Source: a virus
DNA: 39,591 bases
Virus record (IMG/VR): IMGVR_UViG_3300045988_054897
Reading direction: 5' to 3' (one strand)
Positions 24,912 through 32,860 of the stretch are shown piece after piece. The translations under genes were made by a program, and so were the position numbers. Under the pieces are notes generated by a model that was not told the origin of the DNA, ran no database searches, and saw only the letters and a list, made by a program, of their open reading frames with translations. Every line of letters begins with the position of its first letter. The first letter of the stretch is position 1.

Positions 24912-25343
24912 CTATCTCGCAGGCAGAGCAATACTGAATATCTCCCGCAATCTCGCTGTGAAACGGAATCCACAGCCCATGCACCACCGGCACAGCACCA
25001 CCAGCCGACCGTCCTTGTCTGCCTCGGCCAGCTCGCGCAGGCGGACATCGTCATCTGTCTGCGCGAGCAACTTGTCGAGCCGTTCGATGATGCTGTCAGC
25101 GTGTTTGTTGATGGCGTATTCTGCTTCTGGCGATATTTCCCGCACACTCGCCAAATCGTTAATTTCTTCCGGCGTCAGCCCCGTGTCCTCGTAGGCGGCG
25201 AGGCGGCTCCACGCCGCTTCTTCCCACTTGCAATTCATGGCGCAGTCCCCGCCAACTTCGAGGCATTCGGGGCCGCGAAAATGTGTGCAGCAGATACCGT
25301 TTTCGTGCGATGTTTGCTTGCTATGTTTTGTCAGGCGTTGCAT
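24912..25343 (-). CDS. Hypothetical protein
   Basis: Start moved to ATG 25343 (TGATG overlap). Confidence 0.5.
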   Translation of the reverse strand: MQRLTKHSKQTSHENGICCTHFRGPECLEVGGDCAMNCKWEEAAWSRLAAYEDTGLTPEEINDLASVREISPEAEYAINKHADSIIERLDKLLAQTDDDVRLRELAEADKDGRLVVLCRWCMGCGFRFTARLREIFSIALPAR

Positions 25344-25690
25344 CACTCCACCTCCTGCATCCAAAACTCGCGGCGGCAAATATCACAGCCTCTTCCAGTC
25401 GGGCAATGCCCGCGTAACGTTGTATCAACAAGGCATGGGTCTAAAGCAACGTTATGTGTGTTCGTATATATTGGCGCATTTGGAAACTGCTCCAGAAACA
25501 CGCTCTGCCGCGTCTTGCGCGGGTGCGCAGCAGACCAGTCCTCGACGATGGTCACAATGTTGTCATCATCAACCATTCCTTCCAATGCACTACACTCGCA
25601 GTCTTTTGCGGGGCATTGATAGCAGTCCCCGGCATGGTGGTAAAAGCGGCACATTCGGTCGCGTTCTTTGATAAACTTCACAGCGTCCAT
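25343..25690 (-). CDS. Hypothetical Cys-rich protein
   Basis: Start moved to ATG 25690 (TGATG overlap). Confidence 0.5.
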   Translation of the reverse strand: MDAVKFIKERDRMCRFYHHAGDCYQCPAKDCECSALEGMVDDDNIVTIVEDWSAAHPRKTRQSVFLEQFPNAPIYTNTHNVALDPCLVDTTLRGHCPTGRGCDICRREFWMQEVE

Positions 25691-25929
25691 CACATATCCC
25701 TCCATTTACACCCATCACAGGCGCCCCCGTGGGCCAGCGTGTAGTTTCCGCACTTTAGGCACAGTTCGTTCCGCAGGGCGTCAATTTCTTTCGCCTGCGC
25801 CTCGATCAAGTCAGCGGCTTCCGCCAGATCGTCGCACAGGGTAATGGGCGTTTCCCATTGATTCCCCTCCGCCCATTCTGCGTGCCCACGCAGCGCTTTT
25901 ACGAGTTTTTGATCTCTCATGTCCTTCAC
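25690..25929 (-). CDS. Hypothetical protein (79 aa)
   Basis: ORF track; overlaps the methyltransferase stop. Confidence 0.55.
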   Translation of the reverse strand: MKDMRDQKLVKALRGHAEWAEGNQWETPITLCDDLAEAADLIEAQAKEIDALRNELCLKCGNYTLAHGGACDGCKWRDM

Positions 25930-27178
25930 ACCCCTTTCATCCGTTCCTCAACCCTCCAATCATCGTTCCGCACCTGAAATGCGTCGCCAAGCTGGATGGT
26001 CTCGGGGAAATTGTGCTGCGTGGTCTGGATGGCGTATTTGTCGATCTCGGTCGCGTAGTATCTGAGCAACCACGGCTGTACGCCCAGCTTGCCCAGCGCG
26101 ATATGGCCGCAGCTCATACCGTCGTACATGGAAAGCACTTCCACCGGCTCCGTGGTCAGCCCCTCAAAGTGGCTCATGATATGCGCGATCACATCCACCG
26201 TCCAGCCGTTGCCCAGCATCTTATAGGCTTGGCTGTTGCTCACCGGGAAAACATACTCCTCCGGCACGGTCTGGAGGCGCTTGCACTCCGTCACGGTCAG
26301 CTTGCGGATGATGTAAAAGCCGTCTCGCAGTTTGATCGGGTATCGCTTGCCTTTAATGGCAATAAAGCCGTCGCGGACTTCGTATACGGGCCACGCTTTC
26401 CCATCCGGGCCGCCGACCGGCGTTGCATAAAGGCCCGTCTTGGCTCCCAGCCCCCCGCCGTTGCCGCAGAGGGTCACGCTCTTTCCGTCCGGCGAATAGA
26501 CGCGGTATTGCTGGCTGTCAAAGGCCGAGTTCTTCGCGTCATTCTCGATGGTGCCGACACGGACAGGCTCGGCTATGCAGTCGTATTGTTGCTTTGCCTG
26601 GTTCGGATTGTTTATCCTTGGCACAAGGTTGTTTTCGAGCTTTCCCATGTGCGCGTCAACGGTTCGCGCCTTTCCGTTTTTCATTCCATTGACGACGATC
26701 GGCTCTGCGACCATCGTGCGGCGGTGTTTCGTAAGCGTCTGTTGCGGATTGCTTCCCTTGGCTTCTGTAGCCGTGATGCAGTAAGATTTTTCCGACCATG
26801 CAACGCCGGTCTCCAGAATGTCCCGCAACAGAATACCCCTGTCCTCCGGTTGCTCGATCGGCACCTGGCTGTATGTACCGTCCGACTCGCGCTTGCCTAC
26901 CCAATATAAGCGCTGGCGGTTCTGCGCCGATACCAGCGCGGAGTTGATCAGCACGGGTTCAACGTCCAGCTCCGCCGTGATTTGCGTCCGGATAGCGGGC
27001 GACATGGATTTGTTGTTCTCGTAGAGGAAATAGTCCGGTTTGTATTTGTCGCGGGCAATGCGGTAATTCAAGAACAGCTCCCAGCCGATGCCGCTGGCCT
27101 CGGTCTCGCGGTTCTTGGTCTGCGCGATACTCCAGTGAGCTAAGTGCATGGAGACCCGCCGATAAGCAGTTTAACCAT
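25926..27178 (-). pseudogene. DNA (cytosine-5) methyltransferase with circularly permuted motif order (IV-X then I-III). Reading frame broken by a 5-nt insertion right after the catalytic PC motif
   Basis: GGAGGAGGTGG RBS, then ATG 27178 MVKLLIGGSPCT, TAG at 27142..27140, extra TAGCT (27142..27138), then HWSIAQTKNRETEASGIGWELF...FLYENNKSM...SAQNRQRLYW...TECKRLQTVPEEY...MLGNGWTVDV...VLSMYDGMSCG...YYATEIDKYA...GDAFQV*. Confidence 0.7.
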
Positions 27179-27719
27179 GCAAAACCACCTCCTCCGAATA
27201 CCTAAATTTATATCCGCCGGTCGATTTATAACGGCGTTTCCCCTTGCAAACGCAAACGACCGTAGACGGGTTTACCCCCAGTGCTATAGCAGCCTCTTTT
27301 ATGCTGCTCCACAGGTGAATTGGCTCCCCGTCCATAGATAACTGCCATACGGGACGCTCCTTCGCTTTGTTTCGTGCCCTTGCTCCTTGTCCATAGGAGT
27401 TTTGACGGGACATATTAGCCCATTCCAGATTTGACAATCTGTTATTTGTCTTATCTTCATCCAGGTGGTTTACAGTAAGAAGTCCGTTCGGATTTGGTAT
27501 AAAAGTATTTGCAACCACCCTATGTAGAAGCAGACTTCTTGCAGTTCCGTCTTTAGATAGATGCACTCGAACATAGCCGTTTCGCTCAACTTTTTGTTTT
27601 AGGCTCCGACCCGTTCTTGAATTTCGTACCTCTCCATTATCCGAAACCTCGTAGAATCCTTCATACCCCGAAATTGGTCTCCAGTGCGTGCAGGGCGAGC
27701 CGCCGATCAATAGTTTCAT
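27171..27719 (-). CDS. HNH homing endonuclease translationally fused to a recoded copy of the first 13 methyltransferase codons
   Basis: GAGGAGG RBS; MKLLIGGSPCTHW then RPISGYEGFYEVSDNGEV (NUMOD4), VNHLDEDKTNNRLSNLEW (HNH). Its last codons contain the RBS and ATG of the methyltransferase. Confidence 0.85.
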   Translation of the reverse strand: MKLLIGGSPCTHWRPISGYEGFYEVSDNGEVRNSRTGRSLKQKVERNGYVRVHLSKDGTARSLLLHRVVANTFIPNPNGLLTVNHLDEDKTNNRLSNLEWANMSRQNSYGQGARARNKAKERPVWQLSMDGEPIHLWSSIKEAAIALGVNPSTVVCVCKGKRRYKSTGGYKFRYSEEVVLHG

Positions 27720-27743
27720 GCTTTCCTCCTCACAGGTATTCTT

Positions 27744-28469
27744 TCATTTCAGCCGGTAGTTTTTGGATCCGGTAATATTCAGTACGCAGCCTTTCGACCG
27801 CTCCGCAATGCGCGAGCCTATCGCCTCGTCCCAGTCCAGAACGCGTGAGATCGTCCACTCGGAGCTGATGATTGTCACAAGGCTTGGCTTGATATACCGC
27901 GCATTGAGCAGATCAAACGCAATGTTGCGATCAGCCTCTGTCGCCGTTCCCTTGAGAAAATCGTCGATGTAAAGCACCTTGACACTTTTCAGCGGATCAA
28001 TGGCATCTTGATATGCCTCGGCATCGTTGACCTTTGCCTTGATGGCCGGAATATCCGCACGCCATTGCACATATCGAACTGGTAATCCGGCATCCATGAG
28101 CTTTCCGCACATCGCCGTGCAAAGATGCGTTTTCCCGCTGCCGGGGCTTCCTCCGGCGTAAAACCATCTTCCGCGCCAATCGGCAAGATAGCGTTCCGCT
28201 GTCTCTTTGGCCTGCTTCTGCCACGGCTCAGTCGCGCGGTAGTTCTCCATCGTGCATCTCTGCAAAAGCTCTTTAAGCCCGCTTCTTTCGATGCGTTGCA
28301 GATTCCTTTTGCGGATGGAGCATTCGCACTCCCGGTACTCCGCGTTTCCGTCTGCTGACCTCCGCACGGTGTATCCAACGCCGCCGCAGAGTGGGCACTC
28401 GTCAGAGATTGACGGCTCCGGGGACGTTCCATTTTTTCGCATCTCTTTCAGTATCGTGACCATGTCCAT
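27744..28469 (-). CDS. DnaC/IstB-like AAA+ helicase loader with N-terminal zinc ribbon
   Basis: Walker A GGSPGSGKTH, Walker B VLYIDDF, CPLCGG...CEC. Confidence 0.85.
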   Translation of the reverse strand: MDMVTILKEMRKNGTSPEPSISDECPLCGGVGYTVRRSADGNAEYRECECSIRKRNLQRIERSGLKELLQRCTMENYRATEPWQKQAKETAERYLADWRGRWFYAGGSPGSGKTHLCTAMCGKLMDAGLPVRYVQWRADIPAIKAKVNDAEAYQDAIDPLKSVKVLYIDDFLKGTATEADRNIAFDLLNARYIKPSLVTIISSEWTISRVLDWDEAIGSRIAERSKGCVLNITGSKNYRLK

Positions 28470-29001
28470 TCATCACGCCCCCTTTCTTCTCCAGCTCGCG
28501 CTTTTCCCATAGCTGGAATTTCTGCTGCCAGTTGTAGACCGGCTTGCCCTCGGTGTCCCGCCAATTTGCGACAGAGTAAAAATCGTAGAATGGTTTAGGG
28601 TCAATAAGCCCTCCGCGCAGCTTGGCATATTCGGCAACCTCGTCAAACGTGGGAACCTTTCGTGAGAGAGATATAGAGAGAGAACTATCGTTCTCTTTCT
28701 CTCCCTCTTTCTCCCCCTCTTTCTCCCCCTCTCTCTCCTTGCGGGTTTGTTCCGATTTGTTCCCATTTTGTTCTTCTTTTGTTTTCGTTTTGTTCTGCCG
28801 ATTCGCTGCTTTGTTGCGACCGCTGTCCAGCGTTGGGCGAATCAAAGTGAAAACAGCGCATGGAACTCCAGAAAGACATGGCTCGCTTTCATCAAGGGCA
28901 TAATCGCAGATTGCCAGCACAACGGCCTTGAAATCTTTTGCGCTGAGCGCTCGCAGCGCGTCCCTGTAACTTCGGTAAAAAGTGAATTGATTACGCTCCA
29001 T
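28402..29001 (-). CDS. Replisome organizer / DnaD-like replication initiation protein
   Basis: Start moved to ATG 29001 (MERNQFTFYRSYRDAL...); EGEKEGEKEGEKE linker; C-terminal FYDFYSVANWRD; 68-nt overlap with the next gene. Confidence 0.6.
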   Translation of the reverse strand: MERNQFTFYRSYRDALRALSAKDFKAVVLAICDYALDESEPCLSGVPCAVFTLIRPTLDSGRNKAANRQNKTKTKEEQNGNKSEQTRKEREGEKEGEKEGEKENDSSLSISLSRKVPTFDEVAEYAKLRGGLIDPKPFYDFYSVANWRDTEGKPVYNWQQKFQLWEKRELEKKGGVMNGHGHDTERDAKKWNVPGAVNL

Positions 29002-29005
29002 CGCT

Positions 29006-29152
29006 TTACTCCTTCGGCTTTGCCAGCAAGGAAACCGTCGCACCGTATCGCGTCATGACTTCTGCGATATCAGTCGCGTCACTCTCGGACACTTCTTGCA
29101 AGACAATAATCGCCCTTTCGCGCGGCGAATCGATATGCACCTCGTATCTCAT
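29006..29152 (-). CDS. Small hypothetical protein (48 aa)
   Basis: GGAGGTG RBS; ATG 29152; MRYEVHIDSPRERAIIVLQEV... Confidence 0.45.
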   Translation of the reverse strand: MRYEVHIDSPRERAIIVLQEVSESDATDIAEVMTRYGATVSLLAKPKE

Positions 29153-29164
29153 GCCGCACCTCCA

Positions 29165-29563
29165 TCAAAACGGAAGCTCCCCGTCGTCCTCGACCTCGCT
29201 AAACTCGCCCGGGCTGCTTGATGCGGGACTGTATGCGGCGGGCCCCTCCTGCGGCTTGCTGTCGGCAAAGTACACGCTATTGGCGATGATCTCGACCGAG
29301 CGGCGCTTATTGCCGTCCTTGTCGGTCCAGTCTCGCGCCTGCAAGCGACCGTCTACCACTACCTTGCGCCCCTTGGCGCAGTATTGCGCGGCAAACTCCG
29401 CCGTGCGCTCCCACGCGACCACATCAAACCAGTCCGTTCCGGCATCCTTACCGTCGCGGTCGACGGCGATGGGAAAGCTGGTGACCGCCTTGCCGCTCTG
29501 CGTGCGGCGCAGCTCAAGGTCCTTTCCAATGCGTCCCATGACGTTGATCCTGTTCAAGCTCAT
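29165..29563 (-). CDS. ssb: Single-stranded DNA-binding protein
   Basis: OB-fold N-terminus MSLNRINVMGRIGKDLELRRTQSGKAV...; acidic tip DDGELPF. Confidence 0.9.
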   Translation of the reverse strand: MSLNRINVMGRIGKDLELRRTQSGKAVTSFPIAVDRDGKDAGTDWFDVVAWERTAEFAAQYCAKGRKVVVDGRLQARDWTDKDGNKRRSVEIIANSVYFADSKPQEGPAAYSPASSSPGEFSEVEDDGELPF

Positions 29564-29874
29564 TTCAATTCCTCCCTGTTTTTTCTGTAAATCATGTCCT
29601 CCCGTGTCCAGCCGGGATATTTCGCTTTGAGGTAGCCGACGATGCAGGCGTATAGCGCTGTCCTCTGCGGCCCCTCGTCAAAGGCTCTGTGGCAGGAGGG
29701 GCAGAGCGTCACGATGTTCTGCTCGATGCCTCTGCCGCCCTGTGAGCGCCGTATAACGTGCGCTACAGGCTCTCCGTTGTTCCGCCCGCAGAGGATGCAG
29801 CGCCCGCCGTCGCGCTCGTATACGGCCTCCTTGACGCTTTTGGGGATGGACGTGGCCTTTGTCATTTTGTGCAT
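29560..29874 (-). CDS. HNH endonuclease (HNHc type, not the NUMOD4 family)
   Basis: CILCGR...HVIRRSQGG...NIVTLCPSCH; start set to ATG 29874, 7 nt after GGAGG. Confidence 0.8.
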   Translation of the reverse strand: MHKMTKATSIPKSVKEAVYERDGGRCILCGRNNGEPVAHVIRRSQGGRGIEQNIVTLCPSCHRAFDEGPQRTALYACIVGYLKAKYPGWTREDMIYRKNREELK

Positions 29875-30389
29875 CGCCAATCCTCCTTCAGCGCGTCAAG
29901 CTGCTGTGGGGTCAAGGTCTCGATGCCTACCGCCTTGCAGTCCTGCACGATGTTGTCGATCAGGCGGGACATCTGCTTTGTGTCAAAGGTAGACGAACCG
30001 TAATACAGCACCACGTTCTTGCAGCCGTCAATTTTGCTGTCCATCACTTCCGTCTGCCAGCCGATACCGTTCTTGTTCCAGCCGCCGCATAGCTTCTGTA
30101 CGGCTTTCTCTCGCACGCAGACGGTTTCCGTGTTCCCGCCGACATCTTTCACGGCCTGCCGGTAAACCTCGCTTGTAGGCGTTCCTGTGGCTTCTGCGAG
30201 CTTGTCCATCAATACCCATGCGTAAGCGTTGGCATCGAGGCTTCGCTTCTCGCGGTGCTTCTTCACGGTCACGTCAACGTCTGTCTCGTGCAACTCGTCA
30301 TACAATGCGCCGACGTTCTCCCGCGTGGCGATGGTGAGCAGATACCCACCATCGCGCGCAAGGGATAGATCATGCAGTCGGGCTTTCAT
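29862..30389 (-). CDS. NinB/Orf-like recombination mediator
   Basis: EKRSLDANAYAWVLMDKLA resembles lambda NinB RSLDQNRKLWACLGDVS. Confidence 0.5.
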   Translation of the reverse strand: MKARLHDLSLARDGGYLLTIATRENVGALYDELHETDVDVTVKKHREKRSLDANAYAWVLMDKLAEATGTPTSEVYRQAVKDVGGNTETVCVREKAVQKLCGGWNKNGIGWQTEVMDSKIDGCKNVVLYYGSSTFDTKQMSRLIDNIVQDCKAVGIETLTPQQLDALKEDWRCTK

Positions 30390-31035
30390 TGGCTTTCCTC
30401 TTTTCCATGCAAGCCCAGCAGAGCGGAACCCCGTATTTCTTCATCGCGCCTTTGGAGATGTCGCTCACACGATAGAGCTTTCCGTTAAAGGACTGCGGTG
30501 TGATCGGCTGCTTGCAGTCTTGGCAGGTGTAGTCAAACTGTTCCTTGTACGCCTGATTGAAGGATTCCATCTCGGCCTTGCTCGGCTTCTGCTCTGCGGT
30601 TCTTGGCGTGTACTTGGTCGCGTCCTTCGCCCAATACACATCCGCGCCAAACCCGAGCGCCTTGCAGGCAACGGAGATAGCATCGGTCAGCGCCATCTTG
30701 AAGCACTCGTCAGAGGTGTAAAGGCCGTTTCGTTCGCTGGCGACAAACGCGCTGCCGCCTGTGCCGGGGATCGCATCTGACCACGCACCATCGACCTTAA
30801 TAAAAAGGTTTATGTCCACAAATGCGGAAACCTCGTTGTTCGCGCCCTGTTCCAACCGCTTATCCGTGATTATGTACTTCCATCCAATTCCGCAGGGGCC
30901 GAACTGCTCCGTCAGCGCCTTAATGCGCCACATGGGGTTAATGTCGGTCTTGCCTTTCAGTCTCCCCGCCTGGATTTCACGCTGTGCGGACGGCGGGACT
31001 TGCCGCACGCTTTCATAAATTCCAAGGTTCTCCAT
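30370..31035 (-). CDS. Rad52-like single-strand annealing protein with C-terminal zinc ribbon
   Basis: Start moved to ATG 31035; GRLKGKTDINPMWRIKALTEQFGPCGIGWKY; CQDCKQ...CWAC. Confidence 0.55.
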   Translation of the reverse strand: MENLGIYESVRQVPPSAQREIQAGRLKGKTDINPMWRIKALTEQFGPCGIGWKYIITDKRLEQGANNEVSAFVDINLFIKVDGAWSDAIPGTGGSAFVASERNGLYTSDECFKMALTDAISVACKALGFGADVYWAKDATKYTPRTAEQKPSKAEMESFNQAYKEQFDYTCQDCKQPITPQSFNGKLYRVSDISKGAMKKYGVPLCWACMEKRKANESPTA

Positions 31036-31255
31036 TTTCTTCTTCCTCCAAAGTAAGCGGGCAGTTTCGCCCGGTGTATTTGTCCGGCCACGGAATGACT
31101 TCATCCGTAAGCCCGCAGCGCTTGCTTGACCGTCTGTAAAACCGGCAGGCTTCGCAGGCGATGTATGCTGTTCCTTTGCGGTCGATTGGGAAATAGGTCG
31201 TTACCGACGCCGTGCCTTTCAAATAGCCGGAAGTGCCGTCATCCAGATTCGGCAT
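31013..31255 (-). CDS. Hypothetical Cys-containing protein (80 aa)
   Basis: Start moved to ATG 31255 after GGAGGTGG. Confidence 0.5.
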   Translation of the reverse strand: MPNLDDGTSGYLKGTASVTTYFPIDRKGTAYIACEACRFYRRSSKRCGLTDEVIPWPDKYTGRNCPLTLEEEENGEPWNL

Positions 31256-31409
31256 CGTCTTCCACCTCCGTAACCCATTCTTCACCGCAGAACGGGCACT
31301 CGGCGACCGTCCGCGTTTCTATGCCGTTCTCGCCGTCAAGGTTCTCGCGTACCTGATAAGTGTACGGCTCAAAGAAGATCGCGTTGCAGGCTTCGCATTT
31401 GTAAACCAT
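31239..31409 (-). CDS. Small zinc-ribbon protein (56 aa)
   Basis: GGGGAGG RBS; MVYKCEACNAIFFEPY...CPFCGEEW. Confidence 0.5.
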   Translation of the reverse strand: MVYKCEACNAIFFEPYTYQVRENLDGENGIETRTVAECPFCGEEWVTEVEDDAESG

Positions 31410-31414
31410 GTAAA

Positions 31415-31720
31415 TTACGACCTCCCCGCTTTCCGTATCATCTCCGACAGGCCGTATGTCCGCCCGACAATGGACGCTATCCGCGCCATCTCGATCTTGC
31501 GGAGCACCTCGGCTTCTGCCGGATCGTTTGATAAGTAGTAGCCCTTGCCAAAGTTCATGATGCAGTACTCCTCGCCGTCCTCCTCGCATCGTGCCGCCTC
31601 GATCACCTTGCGCAAGTGCCGGTCTGTCCAGCCGGTCATTTCGCAGAGCTGCCAACGACGCAGCGCGTTCTGGGCGCCGACGCGAAGATGGTTTCGCAGA
31701 GTGATAACATCGTCTGTCAT
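31415..31720 (-). CDS. Hypothetical protein (101 aa)
   Basis: ORF track; coupled to neighbours. Confidence 0.55.
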   Translation of the reverse strand: MTDDVITLRNHLRVGAQNALRRWQLCEMTGWTDRHLRKVIEAARCEEDGEEYCIMNFGKGYYLSNDPAEAEVLRKIEMARIASIVGRTYGLSEMIRKAGRS

Positions 31721-32244
31721 GCTGCCTCCTCCTTGTAAACGTAAGCGGTTTGGACGCCAAACTCCCGCGCGGCCTGATGGTTGTCAAAGAATACGTCGAT
31801 GCGGTTTTCCTTGATCGCGCCGCCGCAGTCCTCGGCGGTGTATGTATGGCTCGTGCCGTCGGCAAAGTAGATCGTGACGGAGGAGCCGTAAGGGATCACG
31901 CGAGGGTCAACCGCGATCGTTCGCCCCTCGGCGGCGGTCGTGCCGGTCGCCGTGATGCCGTCGGTCTTGCCGCAGCACTTCATGCACGGACAATAGGCGG
32001 TCAGCTTAAATTCGCCGAGTGGTTCGCCGATGTCGAGCACCGCGCTCCCCTCTGCGGGCTTGTCCTCGCCGGGGAGCTTGTCCTCGACAACCGGCGGCTC
32101 GCCCTTGTGCGGCTGCCCGGTGGTCTTGACCGTCAGCACCGCAAAGAGAATCAGCAGCACCGCGAGGAACAGGCAGACGGCGGCGATGCGCGCCGAAGCG
32201 TCAGCCTTGCGCTGCTCGCGGGTGCGTCTGTCCGGTTTTCTCAT
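31717..32244 (-). CDS. Membrane-anchored 3D-domain (YuiC/MltA-like) peptidoglycan-binding/lytic protein
   Basis: Start moved to ATG 32244 (ATGA overlap); TM AAVCLFLAVLLILFAVL; FKLTAYCPCMKCCGKTDGITATGT...IAVDPRVIPYGS...AEDCGGAIKENRIDVFF. Confidence 0.75.
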   Translation of the reverse strand: MRKPDRRTREQRKADASARIAAVCLFLAVLLILFAVLTVKTTGQPHKGEPPVVEDKLPGEDKPAEGSAVLDIGEPLGEFKLTAYCPCMKCCGKTDGITATGTTAAEGRTIAVDPRVIPYGSSVTIYFADGTSHTYTAEDCGGAIKENRIDVFFDNHQAAREFGVQTAYVYKEEAA

Positions 32245-32708
32245 AAGCGCGCCCCCAATACAGCGCAAAGATCATCTTTTGCAAAAAATGTTTCCAATTT
32301 CACGTCTCCCGATTCCAACCGCGAAATCATCGCCTGAGAGCTGCCTATGGCTTCCGCTAACTCATATTGACTGTATCCGCGATTTAAGCGTTTATGTCTG
32401 ATCCATTGCTGCTTCTCGGCGATGCTATCCTTGTTCGCCTCGTAATAAGCCCGCTGATACTCGGCGATGCTATCCTTGTTCGCCTCACGATAAGCCCGCT
32501 GATACTCGGCGATGCTATCCTTGTTCGCCTCACGATAAGCCCGCTGCTTCTCGGCGATGCTGCGGCCCCTTTTGCTTTTTCGGGATAGCAAAATATCGGC
32601 ATCTCTCCTGCGCGATGCCGCCAGCTCATCATTCGTCCATCGGAAATCTCGCTCGATCTCCTCGTCCGCCCGACGCATCTCTTCTATTTCCTCCGGAGTG
32701 AATTTCAC
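32241..32708 (-). CDS. XRE-family HTH protein with N-terminal 15-aa tandem repeats
   Basis: C-terminal RGYSQYELAEAIGSSQAMISRLESG; repeats (IAEYQRAYREANKDS)n. Confidence 0.7.
   Translation of the reverse strand: MKFTPEEIEEMRRADEEIERDFRWTNDELAASRRRDADILLSRKSKRGRSIAEKQRAYREANKDSIAEYQRAYREANKDSIAEYQRAYYEANKDSIAEKQQWIRHKRLNRGYSQYELAEAIGSSQAMISRLESGDVKLETFFAKDDLCAVLGARL
32416..32550. repeat. 45-bp tandem repeat, 3 full copies plus partial flanks, in frame within the XRE gene
   Basis: TCGGCGATGCTATCCTTGTTCGCCTC(G/A)(T/C)(A/G)ATAAGCCCGCTG(ATA/CTT)C starts at 32416, 32461 and 32506. Confidence 0.9.
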
Positions 32709-32860
32709 CGTCTGTACCCCCTGTCGATAAACGGCAGCAGGTCATACAGCACCTTACACACCGCGCACGCACCGATAACGGCAAGGCTCGTCTTGAAGTC
32801 GCAGCCGTTGAGCGCAATCACCGCAGCGGCGATGCCACCGAAAAACAGCGTATCAGCCAT
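32705..32860 (-). CDS. Small membrane protein (51 aa)
   Basis: Start moved to ATG 32860; MADTLFFGGIAAAVIALNG... Confidence 0.5.
   Translation of the reverse strand: MADTLFFGGIAAAVIALNGCDFKTSLAVIGACAVCKVLYDLLPFIDRGYRR

Noticed and set aside
27129-27680. Group I intron around the third HNH gene, by analogy with the tape-measure intron
   Set aside because: The HNH ORF fills all but about 40 nt of the putative intron. No AAGAUAUAGUC-type J8/7 motif or GNRA hairpins are present. No 5'-U/3'-G splice pair fits the shared CACTGGAG. Intron-less insertion with target duplication fits better.
28680-28745. CT-rich 15-nt repeats as a regulatory element
   Set aside because: They lie in frame in the replisome-organizer gene and encode an EGEKEGEKEGEKE low-complexity linker.
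32416-32550. Possible CRISPR array
   Set aside because: The 45-bp units are contiguous with no spacers, lie in frame inside a protein-coding gene, and no cas genes are present.
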